Assembly (NCBI GenBank): GCA_964016885.1
Contig: OZ024755.1
Span: 33,604,001 to 33,668,000, forward strand
DNA: 64,000 nt
Source of the DNA: Eledone cirrhosa
Taxonomy: Eukaryota
Reading direction: 5' to 3'
In this document: positions 27,190-41,030 of the stretch, one piece after another
Layout of the letters: the number at the start of each line of letters is the position of its first letter
Position numbering within the stretch: the first letter of the stretch is position 1
Translations under genes and position numbers: made by a program
Notes under the pieces: model-generated
The model's database searches: none
Told to the model about the DNA's origin: nothing
What the model saw: only the letters and a program-made list of their open reading frames with translations

Positions 27190-28617
27190 GGTCTGCTCGC
27201 ACCACCTCCGCCCATGTGTTTCGTGGTCTTCCTCTACTGCGTCTTCCTTCTACTGGGATTTCTTGGCACTTCTTTAGCCAGCGGTCATCCTCCATGCACA
27301 TGACATGTCCATACCATCTCAGTCTTCTCTCCCGCACACCACAACTTATCCCTCTTATACACAGTTTCTCTCTCGGCTCATCTATACTTGGTTGTTCACG
27401 TACATTGACATTGCACATCCAACGGAGCATGCTTGCTTCATTTCTCTCCAGCCATCGCATATCCTCTGTAGTTGCTGCCCATGTCTCACTACCATGCAGC
27501 ATCGCGCATCTCACACAGATATCATATAACCGACCTTTCGTATGCAGGGAGAAACCCTTCTTTGTCAACAGAGGAAGCAGCTCCCTAAACTTCTTCCAAC
27601 CTGTCCTTATTCTAGATACTATGGCCCCAGAACACCCCTTCCCATGCTAATCTGATCACCAAGGTACCGGAAGCTTTCAACCACCTCAAAAGAAAACACA
27701 TGCATTTGAAAAATGTATCTATCACTGCGATTACTACTGTCAAATTTCCCTGTACATCTACTGCATACATAGTTTTCCCTACCTGTTAGTTTGCCTGCTG
27801 TCCCACTACATCTCTTGTGTACCCAAGATCTGCATTGTGAACATTTTATAGAATTTATGCCAGTTCCTTTTCTACATATCTAATATGGCCATTTCCCTGA
27901 TGGAGTCAGAGTTTTATCCTCTTTTCTAGTTATCAACACTTTTGTCTTAGCTATGTTCACTCTCAGTCCTCTTGATTCCAACTGCTGTTTCCATAGCCAG
28001 AATTTATTCTCTAGCTAGCTCCTCTACTGATTCTGCTATACGAACCAGATCATCAGCATAGAGAAGTTCCCATGGGCAGCCAGTCTTAAACTCCTCTGTT
28101 ATGGCTTGGAGGACTATAATCAACAAGAGCGGGCTGAGGACCGAACATTGATGTACTCCAACTTGTATCTGGAATTCCTCACTAAACTCCATTCCTACTC
28201 TCACTTTACTGACAGCACCCCTGTACATATCTTTGCACTGTTCTCACAAGCCATTCCTCAACACCTAGTTTCTTTAGGGACCATCAGATGACAGATCGGG
28301 GTACCCTATCAAAGGCCTTTTCTAGGTCAACGAAAGCTAAGTATAGTGGCTTATTCTTCTCTAAGAACTTCTCTTGTAGTTGTCTCACTAAGAAGGGGGC
28401 ATCTGTTGTACTTTTCCGAAGGCACAAAACCAAACTGCATCTCATCTAGTTTGACCCTTTCTCTAATCAATTGTGCTAATATTCTCTCTGCCACTTTCAT
28501 AACCTGATCCATCAGTTTTATGCCCCTATAATTGCTCCTCTCTAGAGCATCCCCTTTACCTTTGTAGCAATTTATGAGAATACTGCTGCACCAGTCTTTG
28601 GGTATGACACAGCCATA
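27190..28617 (-). mobile_element. RTE-clade LINE, RT domain and C-terminus, frameshifted
   Basis: PKDWCSSILINCYKGKGDALERSNYRGIKL, QFGF, GVHQCSVLSPLL, LLYADDLV, MLHGSETW, RRLRWYGHV, RGRPRNTW. Confidence 0.92.
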
Positions 28618-28904
28618 TATAATAATCAATTTTTACCTTGTAAAATAGTACTGTTTCATATCTGTTGCTTAGTTTCCATTTGCCTAGTCAGACTAAAAGT
28701 ACGTAAGTACCACAACAGTGATGGCAGTAACTAATACATGAATGTGTTGGTATCCCTTGAAAGCACATCTTGAATAGAAACAAGTAAGAAACGGTTGTTC
28801 TCGTCTTACTCTACATAGAAACACGGCCGGCTGATCTTACATCTTGTCTTCACAATTAAGGTAAGAGATATCGGTCACTCTCCAACATGTATGGAGTTGA
28901 GTGA

Positions 28905-29080
28905 GTGGCAGTGGAGACATCTGATGTCCTTGGCCCTAGGGCCACCTCACTGCTCACCACCACCAGCACAGAGTTGGCCAGCCACAGGTGTGAGTCTCAT
29001 GAGTTGGAATGGCTCTTCCAGCATGTCTCCCTCACCATCCTCCTGGGAAATGCCTTCTCTATTCTGACTGCCGAGGCTGC
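28905..29080 (+). mobile_element. CRE-like retrotransposon 3' fragment
   Basis: AVETSDVLGPRATSLL...WLFQHVSLTILLGNAFSIL; homologous to 9039-9240. Confidence 0.8.
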
Positions 29081-30265
29081 AGGGTGGCCAGTCTGCCGGG
29101 GCTGCAGGGTGGCCAGTCTGCCGGGGCTGCAGGGTGGCCAGTCTGTCGGGGCTGCAGGGTGGCCAGTCTGCCGGGGCTGCAGGGTGGCCAGTCTGCCGGG
29201 GCTGCAGGGTGGCCAGTCTGTCGGGGCTGCAGGGTGGCCAGTCTGCCGGGGCTGCAGGGCGGCCAGTCTGCCGGGGCTGCAGGGTGGCCAGTCTGCAGGG
29301 TGGCCAGTCTGCCGGGGCTGCAGGGTGGCCAGTCTGCAGGGTGGCCAGTCTGTCGGGGCTGCAGGGTGGCCAGTCTGCCGGGGCTGCAGGGTGGCCAGTC
29401 TGCAGGGTGGCCAGTCTGTCGGGGCTGCAGGGTGGCCAGTCTGCAGGGTGGCCAGTCTGCCAGGGCTGCAGGGTGGTCAGTCTGCAGGGTGGCCAGTCTG
29501 TCGGGGCTGCAGGGTGGCCAGTCTGCAGGGTGGCCAGTCTGTCGGGGCTGCAGGGTGGCCAGTCTGCAGGGTGGCCAGTCTGTCGGGGCTGCAGGGTGGC
29601 CAGTCTGCCGGGGCTGCAGAGCGGCCAGTCTGCCGGGGCTGCAGGGTGGCCAGTCTGCAGGGTGGCCAGTCTGCCGGTGCTGCAGGGTGGCCAGTCTGCA
29701 GGGTGGCCAGTCTGCCGGGGCTGCAGGGTGGCCAGTCTGCTGGCGCTGCAGGGTGGCCAGTCTGCAGGGTGGCCAGTCTGCCGGGGCTGCAGGTGGCCAG
29801 TCTGCTGGGGCTGCAGAGCGGCCAGTCTGCCGGGGCTGCAGAGCGGCCAGTCTGCAGGGTGGCCAGTCTGCAGGGTGGCCAGTCTGCCGGGGCTGCAGGG
29901 TGGCCAGTCTGCTGGGGCTGCAGAGCGGCCAGTCTGCCGGGGCTGCAGGGTGGCCAGTCTGCCGGGGCTGCAGGGTGGCCAGTCTGCCGGGGCTGCAGGT
30001 GGCCAGTCTGCTGGGGCTGCAGAGCGGCCAGTCTGCCAGGGCTGCAGGGTGGTCAGTCTGCCGGGGCTGCAGGTGGCCAGTCTGCTGGGGCTGCAGAGCG
30101 GCCAGTCTGCCAGGGCTGCAGGGTGGTCAGTCTGCCAGCGCTGCAGATGGCCAGTCTGCCGGGGCTGCGGGGTGGTCAGTCTGCTGGGGCTGCGGGGTGG
30201 TCAGTCTGCCAGGGCTGCAGGGTGGCCAGTCTGCCGGGGCTGCAGGGTGGCCAGTCTGCCGGGGT
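29076..30265. repeat. GC-rich 25-bp minisatellite (with shorter variants) grown from the CRE fragment end
   Basis: Unit GCTGCAGGGTGGCCAGTCTGCCGGG; period 29101 to 29126. Confidence 0.95.
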
Positions 30266-31262
30266 CACAGAGTGACCAATGCATGGGCCCCATATTTGCT
30301 CATAATTGTAACAGATGGGGAGGGTGGGAGAGAATGAAGCAGTGACAGTGGGAGTTTGGTTCCCTTGTGTCCGGACCCGGTGTATATGAGAGATGGGGAG
30401 AGTGGGAGAGATGGAGGCAGTGACAGTGGGAGTTTGGTTCGTTTGTGTTCGGACCTGGTGTACATGTATATGTCTCACAAACACACACTCACACATCTAT
30501 TCAGTTTATTATGATCCCACAAAAGAATAATCCAATATAAGTTGTAGAATATGCAGTAAATATCAAGAGGCAATAGGCATTCACATTTTCAATTTTCCGT
30601 GATCTAATAAGGACAGGTTATATTCAGAGGTTTGGTCATGTAAGGGAAGCCTTTTATAGCACTAGAATGTTTTTAAACATGTTGACAAGTGTATGAGTGT
30701 ATTGTTGTAAATATGCAAACACAGACACACTTACAAAAATACACACTCACAGACATTACATTAACACAAATACACACACATAAATTTACACATACACTCA
30801 CACATAGCATAGCAAATGGAATGCCAGCCGCTGTTTTGCTATAGTTTTTCACCATCCCCTTCCTTCCTTTTACATACACATACATCCACACAAACACACA
30901 TTGTGTGACGGACGGACAGAAGTCACCAAAATTTATATAGAGAAGGTCAACAGAGCTATTTATGAGTAGTTGGTATCTACTCAATACAGTAAAATATTGG
31001 TAGTGAGATATGAACAATCAATAGTTTAGCTATTTTATCAATAACCCATAGGCTTAGCCAGCTGCTATAAAGATTTCTATAATAAGTATAAATTCAATGA
31101 GAAAAGGCTGTGAACAAACATATTAGTAAACATAAGTATACAACAAGTATTGTATTTCAAAAAGTTATGGTTATGATATGTGAGATAAAGAATCCAATAC
31201 AAACCTTAGTACCATTAATAGAAATTGGTAAACTCTTGTACTCTCACAGTCATCTGAAACTG

Positions 31263-31333
<71 letters not shown>

Positions 31334-31779
31334 ATAGAATAGAATAGAATAGAATAAGAAAACATTACAGGAATACAATGGGAGGAAACATAGAAACATC
31401 ACTGATGATGTTACAGTTGTGTGATGAAAGAAATCCAAGAAACTATATTTATATTTATATTTTTGAACTGTTGGTCAATCAACGATACACATTGATTGGC
31501 TACTGAATTATTTATAGAAATATAAAAATATACTGAAGTGAAAACCGAACCAAACCAAACAATGAGTGTGTTTTACTATATTTTTCTGGTAATATTATAA
31601 CAACATCGACAGTCGATCGACAAGATCCCAGACCTCATTTACTTAATGAATTTGGTGGAGCTCATCAAATCGGACAGAAGAAACAATGTTTCCATTGGTC
31701 TTTCCAATTGCTAATACTATCTGTCGTTGCAAATACTATCTGTTGTTGCAAATCTAGGTAGAAGGAGTAACTTGAAATA

Positions 31780-32275
31780 AATTGTCTTGCAGGAAGTTCA
31801 CCCTCAAAACAAAGATGAGATTCTACAACAGCAACGTGCTGTCCATACTCTTGTACGGAAGTGAAACATGGCACCTTAAGACCAGCCAAGAGAAGAAGTT
31901 GGACGCATTCGATTCCAGGTGTCTGCGAAAGATCCTGGGGATTAAATGGAGTGACCATGTAACAAACCAGGAAGTCAGGAACCGCACCAACCAGCAGCTA
32001 GTCTCTTCTGCCATCTGCAAGCGACGCCTGGGCTGGTTTGGGCACGCTTTGAGACTTCCCCCGGAGAGACTGGCGAACCAAGTACTTAAATGGAACCCAC
32101 AGGGAAGCAGACGGAGAGGGCGACCCAAAATGAACTGGCGCCAGACAGTTGAGAGGGACCTGCGAGAGACAAACAGACAATGGCGGGACGCTGTGCAACT
32201 GGCTGCTGACCGAACGCGGTGGAACACTATGATTGCCTCGTGCGTCGCAAGACGCGGGAGCTCCTGAGTCTGAGT
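31780..32275 (+). mobile_element. RTE-like LINE 3' fragment with an intact reading frame (5'-truncated)
   Basis: LKTKMRFYNSNVLSILLYGSETW...CLRKILGIKWSDHVTNQEV...RRLGWFGH...RRRGRPKMNW; CTGAGT-repeat tail. Confidence 0.88.
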
Positions 32276-33316
32276 CAAGGACATAACGCATCATCTGGTC
32301 TGGGAATCGAAATCACAATCTCATGATTGCAATTCCAATTTTCTAACCACTCAGCAACATGCCTTCACAAACATGATGCCTATAACAACATAGCCCTACC
32401 CAAATATAACAAGATATGAAACTGTTTTGAAGGAAAGTTAAAGAAACTACATAGAGAGACAGAGAAAATTTCATTTTTCAATGTTTTTAAGGATATTGAA
32501 ATTAAAATATAATAATTGTTTCTACTTTTGGCACAAGGTCAGCAATTACCCAGTGCATTACTGGTACTTTATTTTATCGACCTCGTAAGGATGAAATTAA
32601 AATATAATAATACAAAGGCAATGATATAGGAATTGAATGAATGGCTGGATAGATAGATAGATGTCTCTAGTAATGACAATTATGATGGTGATGATGATGA
32701 TGATGATGATGGTGATGATGATAATGGAGATGATGATATTGATAATAGCTATGATTAGTATGGATGATGATAATCATGATCATGATGATGCTGGTGATGA
32801 TAATGGAGGCGATGATGATAATGGTGATGATGATGATAGTGATGGGGGTTGATGGTGGCGATGATCCCCTTCACAATCCCGTTTAATGACCATACTGACA
32901 TTTCACAGCAGTGTTTAACTGTAATATGACCATTTCCTTATTTTCCCTAAACTAATGTCAGTTGTGGCAGAATGCTTGGTTCCAACAGTTTCTGCTATCC
33001 AAAAGGACACTCATGTTACTAGCTAATCTGCATAACAGCTTTAAATAATACACTATTTAATCTCTTTAAAGGATGTATATGTGAGAATAGATATATAATT
33101 TAATGTGTATAAAAATGGGTATAATATATCCATCTGTCAACTATATATAAGTATAGTGAGGTTTATCATTTTCGATAAGTTTGTATGATATGGAGAGGAT
33201 ATGAATTGTCTAAGAGAAAACAGATTTTTCAACTGATATAGCTACATCTTTTGGTTGTTCTAAGGTCTTGGCAGCTGTGAGTGGATTATGCTTTGCTAAG
33301 TTGCTAAGAAGCTCTT

Positions 33317-33545
33317 TTAACCCTTTAGCATTCAAACCGGCCATATCTGGCCAGAAATGTCTCACCTCATTTTGTTCAAACCGGCTGTAACTGACCGCTT
33401 ATAGTGATGTTGAGGTATTGTTCTCAAAATAAATAACATAAAAATCTCATAGATTCGATATTATGTGAGATAATTATATAAGATAATGTGTTTACTACAA
33501 AAATACAATAGTATATATAGAGTAATGTGAATGTTAAAGGGTTAA
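33317..33545 (-). mobile_element. piggyBac-like MITE P, complete
   Basis: TTAA-CCCTTTAGCATT...AATGTTAAAGGG-TTAA; further copies near 23163-23684, 26833-27043, 34620-35044, 44806-45016. Confidence 0.8.
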
Positions 33546-33828
33546 GATCAAACCTTCCCTGGAGTTTTCACCACAGCTGTCTCTAAAATTGTTAGTCTTT
33601 CTAAAATAAGGTGGGAGATTTCAATTAATTAACATTTTTGTACACCATTCAGTACACCAACTCTTAATTTACTTATCCAAGTTCACACTATTGACCCATT
33701 TGGTTTGTTTCCCTTAGCATATTTTATTTTTTAATTATGCAAATTATATGAGCCAAAAATTATTTGTAACTGTCTCCTGTTTGCAAAAATCATTGTCAAG
33801 TGGTCAAGCAAATTGAGAAAATTGTTAT

Positions 33829-34323
33829 GTACACTCGTATATAAGCTGAGAAATATGTGACAAAAAATGTCATGGTAAAAATAGAGGGGCTGCTTATATA
33901 TGAGGTTAATATTTTGCTGATTTTCACCAACTTCAAATTCTATGTAAATGAAGTACTAAAATATTTTTGCTTTGGAGGTGAATATGACACCAGTTTCACT
34001 TTGAAGAAGAAATTTCTATCGTTTTTTTATGCATTTTGAATGAATATGGCCTTCAAAACTGTCAGAAAGTGGTAAAGAATCATTCAACAATTGAATTGTG
34101 AAACAAAAACTATACTCTCAATGATACTTGAAACATTTTAATTATCAAAATATTAAAACTTCATAAATATATTCTCTACTCATGAGAATTTCAAAACCTT
34201 GCCATCTAAACATACTGTATTGATTAGCTGCCTCATCTTATACATGAGGTTTGAATTTTGACCATTTTTTCAGACATAAAAATAGGGGCTCAACTTATAT
34301 TCAGAGTATCTTATATATGGTAT
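33829..34323. mobile_element. Degenerate pogo/Tc2-type MITE
   Basis: Ends TACACTCGTATATAAGCTGAG and CTCAACTTATATTCAGAGTA..TATATGGTA, with internal CTTATA.ATGAG motifs. Confidence 0.45.
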
Positions 34324-36579
34324 ATTTCTCAATCTAAGAGACTAAAACATGTCACTTGCCTGCAAAAAAGATCAGACTTTTCTTCCCTCAAAAATGTAAA
34401 CTAACTTCATGGATCATTTCTAAATTTAGTGAAATTATCTCCTCTAAGTTTTGCTGTTAAGTTTTAGTCTACTTTCTTGGAGACAAATTTTAATTAATTA
34501 ACATTTTTTTGGATACAGTAATCAGTCAATGGTTTTATTTATATTCAGCATTAGTAAATATCCATTATTTACATAAAAAATATGTGAAGATTGGTGTTAG
34601 ATATGGTACCCAGTCAGAATTTACATTACTCTATATTTACCATTATATGTTCATGGTAAAGGTTTTATCTTACATAATTATCTCACATAATATCAAATCT
34701 ATCAGTTTTTGATATTATTTATTATGAGAACAATACCATAACATCAGTATGAGTGGCCAGTTAAAACCGGTTTGAACAGAAAGAGGTGAGGGAATTCTGG
34801 CCGGATACGGCCAGTTTAACCCATTAGCACTTACATTACTCTATATTTAAGCTTGTATTTTCATTGTAAAGGCTTTACCTCACATAATTATCTTACATAA
34901 CATCGAATCTATGAGATTTTGATATTATCTATTTTGAGAACAACACCTTAACATCAGTATGAGTGGCCAGTTACAGCCAGTTTGAACAGAAAGAGGCGAA
35001 AGAATTCTGGCTGGATACATCCGGTTTAAATGCTAAAGGGTTAAGAGAAATCCTCATCCAACCCATGCTAACAAAAATAAACATAAAGAATGAAGATAAC
35101 CACCATTACATGAAATATTTTTAGCACGCACAAATATTGTTAACCTAATATTCATTGCATCAATTAAGTCCCATATGGAATTAATATGTTTGCTTGATAA
35201 CATTTCTGCTATTAATTTTATAATTTTCTGGACTATTAACTACACCTGTTTTATGTCAGAATATATACCTCACTGAATATTTCAATATTTAATCAACATT
35301 TCTGGGAAGTTTGGGAGATAGCAAATTTTGCAGAACTAAATGGTTTGGTCTATAAATACCTTCGTACAGCATTTAATTTTTACTTATATTTCAGTTCCTT
35401 ATATTATGTTTCATCATTCTAAAATATAAGAAACATCATCACCATCATCATCAGCATCATCGTTTAACGTCTATCTTCCATGCTAGCATCGGATTGACCC
35501 TTAGGGAGAGAATCAGGTCAGAGGACCATGTTTAGCTCACCCGAGTCAGAGTTGGGCTTAGATTCTTGAGTCTTCATTTATTTATATCTCTTTTCTCAAT
35601 CTAGGTAAATCATATCGTCAATAGAAAACCTTATTTTGTGCTGCTTTGCTTTGTTTTCAGAAACCTTAATCCATCATCATCATCATCGATTAATGTCTAT
35701 CTTCCATGTTAACATGGGTTAGACGGGTTTGTCCCAATTACAGGCAAGTTGGGTCGGGTGACCATGTCTCGCTCATATAGGAGAGTTTCTGGCTGGTTTT
35801 CTACAGCTGGATGCCCTTCCTAATGCCAACCACATTGACAGTGTGTGCTGGGCGCTTTTTGTAAATAAGTACTAATATTATATTTGAGGTGGATTGGCAG
35901 CATCGGGAGGGTTGAACGCCATGCTTTGCAGCAGAGTTCAAATCCCACCGAGGTTAACTTTGCCTTTCATCCTTATGGGGTCGATAAAATAAAGTATTAG
36001 TAATAGACTGGGATAATTGCTGGCCTTGTGCCAAAAGTAGAAACAAATATTATATTTGAGATCTGTTCAGCTGTACCTAGTGTAAACAAATTTAGTGTTT
36101 GCTTTTGTTGTGTATGGGTTACATAGTTTTTGACAAAACACTGTTGAAGAAAATATTGAGCACAAACGAGATGAATGAAGAGCTGCAAATTGAAGACATT
36201 GGCTGATGCCAAAGGTGCATGACCTAATGGTTAGGGTACTGGACTCACAGTCATTAAGTCATGGGTTTGATTCCTAGACTGAGAGCCATGTTGTAGTCTT
36301 GAGCAAAATATTTTATTTCATGTTACTCCTTCTATTAGGAATTTTCAACTGGCAGTTAGCATTAGCAATGAAATGTCTAACCCTTAGGGAGAAGTCTTGT
36401 ACTCTCTGTTGGTTAATACCTACAAAACTATGATAAACACTAGGTTCTATCCTATATGCAGGCTTAGAATAATAATAAAATGACGATTCTAACATATGTA
36501 CTCTTGTTGTAGAACGAGGTGGCTAGGAGAGGTTCCTCAGAGTGTCTAGAAATACAAAACTCTGATGTTGTCTAACAAT

Positions 36580-36990
36580 GGTGGAGGCATGTTGCCTAGT
36601 GGTAAGGGTGTTGGACTTATGGTCATAATGTCGTGGGTTTGATTCCTGGGCTGGGTTGCGTGTTGTGTTCTTGAGCAAAACACTTCATTTCACGTTGCTC
36701 CAGTATACTCAGTGGAGGTGTGTGGCCTAGTGGTAAGGGTGTTGGACTTACGATCATAATATCATGGGTTTGATTCCTGGGCTGGGTAGCATGTTGTGTT
36801 CTTGAGCAAAACACTTCATTTCACGTTGCTCCAGTATACTCAGATCAAAATGTGTACCAGCAATAGCTGGGAGTTTAACCCTGCAATGCACTGGCATCCT
36901 GTCCAGGGGGAGTCTTGTACTCTCAGTCACTTCATGCCATGAAACCAGTATAAGCACCAGCCTAACGAGCCTCCTGGTTTAAGACAGACT
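36580..36990 (+). mobile_element. tRNA-headed SINE with a tandemly duplicated 5' part
   Basis: TGGAGG...CCTAGTGGTAAGGG...GGTTTGATTCC...TTCTTGAGCAAAACACTTC occurs twice (~36583 and ~36713). Confidence 0.75.
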
Positions 36991-37129
36991 GTCTGAAAAT
37001 GCAATAAGTTCAATACTTGCACCACTTTGTTACAGATTAGGAATACATCCTCTTACTTTGATTACACACCAAGATTATATTCTAAATTTGAATTGGCTTC
37101 AGTATACTGAACTTTGGTAATAAGTATCA

Positions 37130-37710
37130 TTAGCTCTATTGCTGTCTTTAATTCAGTTTTTGTGCCAACCCTTACCTATGGTCCTGTATCTTGGGTAATG
37201 ACTGAAAGAATATGATCACGAATACAAGTGGATGAAATGGGGTTCCTTTGAAGGGTCTCTGGAATAACATTACTCGATAAAGTGCGTAGTTCGGAGATCA
37301 GAGAGTCACTCCAGGTAGAGCTGCTACTTCTCTGAATTGAGAGATCACAGCTCTGATACTATGGACAGGTGGTTAGAATATCTCAGGAAAGAATCACTGG
37401 AGAGTCACTCCAGGTAGAGCTGCTACTTCTCTGAATTGAGAGATCACAGCTCCGATACTATGGACAGGTGGTTAGAATGTCTCAGGAAAGAATTGCTGGA
37501 CTGATTTTATGGGTGACACCAGTCAGGGGTAGGCCCTGAGCAAGATGGTTGGATAACATCCATGAGCTCGACTGGTTATGCTTGGGGATCCAGCCGGATC
37601 AGTTGGAGACAGTTGCTTCTGACAGGACCCAGTGGAAGGAGTGTTTGAGGACTCTGCCCCCTACGACCCTCTCAGGAATAAGTGGGCAAAGAAAAGAAAA
37701 GAGAAAAAAA
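37130..37710 (+). mobile_element. RTE (Expander/Rex3-like) LINE 3' fragment with an internal ~100-bp duplication
   Basis: VFNSVFVPTLTYGPVSWVMTERI*SRIQVDEMGFL*RVSGITLLDKVRSSEIRESLQVE. Confidence 0.8.
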
Positions 37711-38207
37711 AAAGAAGCCCTGTCACATTCCTGAAGACCTGGTTTTTGGATGTACTTTGTGTCACATTTTTGCAATAGCATCTGTAAATTCCTGTCAAAC
37801 ATTTTGTTAGCTGCCGTTAGAGACCTCAAGGGGAAAGAATAAATTATACTTTGCCTGAACTGAACGACAGTGCAAGTGAGAGGTGTTAACAATCTCACCT
37901 GGCTTTGAATGTACATATTGCAGGGAAAATAAAAGACATAGGAAGATGTCATGGTGGACAGATGTCAGAATGTAAACCTTACAGATGAGACAGGCATAGG
38001 ATTTAGAGAAACGATTAATTGTTGTATTACAGACCCTTTCAGCCCATGCTTAGATAGGAAAATAGTGGGTTGAATGATAATCATCTTTAGTATTCAAACA
38101 TTAAGAGACTTTTATATCAGTCTGTTTCGGTACTGGATAAATCTACTAGCTGTCTATATCTATATATAAATTTGAGTGACTTCCGTCTGTCTGTCCTTCT
38201 GCCATAT

Positions 38208-38625
38208 ACTAGAGATGATTGAGGAAGGAAGGGGTGATGACGTCACACACTAGAGATGACTGAGGAAGGAAGCGGTGCTGACGTTACACACTAGAGATGA
38301 CTGAGGAAGGAAGCAGTGCTGACGTCACACACTAGAGATGACTGAGGAAGGGAGCAGTGCTGACGTTACACACTAGAGATGACTGAGGAAAGAAGCAGTG
38401 CTGACGTCACACACTAGAGATGACTGAGGAAGGAAGCAGTGCTGACGTCACACACTAGAGATGACTGAGGAAGGGAGCAGTGCTGACGTCACAGACTAGA
38501 GATGACTAAGGAAAGAAGGGGTGCTGACGTCACACACTAGAGATGACTGAGGAAGGAAGCAGTGCTGACGTCACAGACTAGCGTCACACACATAAGATGA
38601 CTGAGGAAGGAAGGGGTGATGACAA
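38208..38625. repeat. 41-bp minisatellite (~9-10 units) next to a Helitron-like 5' end at ~38153
   Basis: Unit ACTAGAGATGACTGAGGAAGGAAGCAGTGCTGACGTCACAC. Confidence 0.9.
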
Positions 38626-38839
38626 ACTACAGAAAACAGCATCTAACATTCACGATATGTATGTGTACAATCTACACACACACATACACACACACACATA
38701 CACACATACACACGTGTTGAAAAAAATTCGAGATAACTATAACAGCCTTCTTCAATCATATTCCATTATAAATTTCATTGGATGTTGTTAGTATAGTTGT
38801 TACAGAAAATTATGTCAATTTATTTATCTAAAGCAATTT

Positions 38840-39996
38840 ATCATGGGCAACCTGCGGCCCGCAAAGCTTTCTGAATAACTCGCCTAAGTCACCTCAGTGA
38901 AATCTTTCTGATTTTTTTACCCCAACCTTTGAGTCGTAATTTATCTTTCTTTCATTTTTTACGACCGAGGAAAACAACGTGTACGAATTCTGAAGAAACA
39001 AATCAAAACAACCTGAGTTACCGCCCTTTTTTTAATGTGGGCACGAATGTAAATTAGCGCTTGTGACCCACCTGATGATGAGCCATATCTCATGCAGCCT
39101 GTCTGATGATGAGCCATATCTCATGCAGCCTGTCTGATGATGAGCCATATCTTATGTGGCCCGTCTGATGATGAGCCATATCTCATGCAGCCCGTCTGAT
39201 GATGAGCCATATCTCATGCAGCCCGTCTGATGATGAGCCATATCTCATGCAGCCTGTCTGATGATGAGCCATATCTCATGCAGCCTGTCTGATGATGAGC
39301 CATATCTTATGTGGCCCGTCTGATGATGAGCCATATCTCATGCAGCCCGTCTGATGATGAGCCATATCTTATGTGGCCCGTCTGATGATGAGCCATATCT
39401 CATGCAGCCCGTCTGATGATGAGCCATATCTTATGTGGCCCGTCTGATGATGAGCCATATCTCATGCAGCCTGTCTGATGATGAGCCATATCTCATGCAG
39501 CCTGTCTGATGATGAGCCATATCTTATGTGGCCTGTCTGATGATGAGCCATATCTCATGCAGCCTGTCTGATGATGAGCCATATCTCATGCAGCCTGTCT
39601 GATGATGAGCCATATCTCATGCAGCCTGTCTGATGATGAGCCATATCTTATGTGGCCTGTCTGATGATGAGCCATATCTCATGCAGCCTGTCTGATGATG
39701 AGCCATATCTTATGTGGCCCGTCTGATGATGAGCCATATCTCATGCAGCCTGTCTGATGATGAGCCATATCTCATGCAGCCTGTCTGATGATGAGCCATA
39801 TCTTATGTGGCCTGTCTGATGATGAGCCATATCTCATGCAGCCTGTCTGATGATGAGCCATATCTCATGCAGCCTGTCTGATGATGAACCATATCTCATG
39901 CAGCCTGTCTGATGAATATCCATATCTTATGTGGCCCGTCTGATGATGAGCCATATCTCATGCAGTGCGCTTCTCAAAAACGGTTGCCCATGCCGG
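38840..39996. mobile_element. hAT-Charlie-type MITE containing a 31-bp minisatellite (~29 units, 39072-39965)
   Basis: TIR-like CATGGGCAACC / GGTTGCCCATG with GCGGCCCGC subterminal motif; unit CTGATGATGAGCCATATCTCATGCAGCCTGT. Confidence 0.8.
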
Positions 39997-40217
39997 ATCT
40001 ATATACTACTAAAACTCTGTGATTGTGTGCTTGTCTGTAATGTAATACAGCCAAAACGGTGCATAATGGGAAAATAATTTGAAAGGAAGTTGCCTCTGAA
40101 ATGGGAATACAAACGTAATAAAACAAGTTTCACGTAAATCAGAGCATGGGTTCCTGAGATACGGGGCTTTCCAGGTACCTTCATAAATAGCCAACAGCTC
40201 CGTGACAACCAATAACA

Positions 40218-40460
40218 CACTCTCTCTATACATTATAACCCTCTCTCTATATATATTATAACTCTCTCTCTATATATATATATATGTTATAAGCCTCTCT
40301 CTATATATATTATAACCCTCTCTCTATATATATTATAACCCCCCCCCTCTCTATATATATTATAACCCCCTCTCTCTATATATATCATAACCCTCTCTCT
40401 ATATACATTATAACCACCTCTCTCTATATATGTATCATTACCCTCTCTTTCTATATAAAA
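40218..40460. repeat. Low-complexity (CT)n(TA)nTTATAACC minisatellite
   Basis: Direct reading. Confidence 0.85.
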
Positions 40461-40827
40461 TATTGACAGAAGTCAAGAATAGGAAATAATTTTATTGTGC
40501 AATATATAAACTGTTTTCAATAATTTTATAGAATATATCACTATAATTCATATTGAAGCCCATGACTGTTAACAATGGATATGATAGATATCTTCTATTT
40601 CTTTATTCTTTGACTGGGAAATGAACCATGCTGGGAAACTGTTTTCAACAGTTTAGTCAATTATATACCCACCCACTACTTTATTTAGTATGTATTTTAT
40701 CAATCTTTATGGTCAAAAGCCATAGCTTTGACTTGAGCATAAAGGAAGGTAACTGACATGGAACTAAATACCATATATTATATTTCTGTTAAACAAACTG
40801 CTTCTTTTATTTCATGTCCTTCCTATT

Positions 40828-41030
40828 CTGACAAATTCCTCTTCACACCGGTCGCCATTGAGACCTCAGACGTACTTGGACCCCATACTGTTGAGCTCCT
40901 CTGCAAGATCAGAATGTCAGCAGCCCATCTGAGGCAGGAGCCCTGTAAGGGCAGTGTGTGTCGCTGGCCTTCGTCTGCAGGAATACTTTTGCAGTCTTGT
41001 CCGCGGGGTGCAGTCCCAACACTGCTGTGC
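40828..41030 (+). mobile_element. CRE-like 3' fragment
   Basis: DKFLFTPVAIETSDVLGPHTVELLCKI...EP. Confidence 0.7.

Noticed and set aside
28905-30345. Three overlapping 400+ aa ORFs
   Set aside because: They come from a stop-free 25-bp minisatellite open in all three frames; the N-terminus is a CRE fragment
39072-39965. Repeated box C (TGATGA) and box D (CTGA) motifs, also hammerhead-like CTGATGA
   Set aside because: Motifs overlap within one 31-bp unit; no snoRNA architecture and no GAAA/stem III partner
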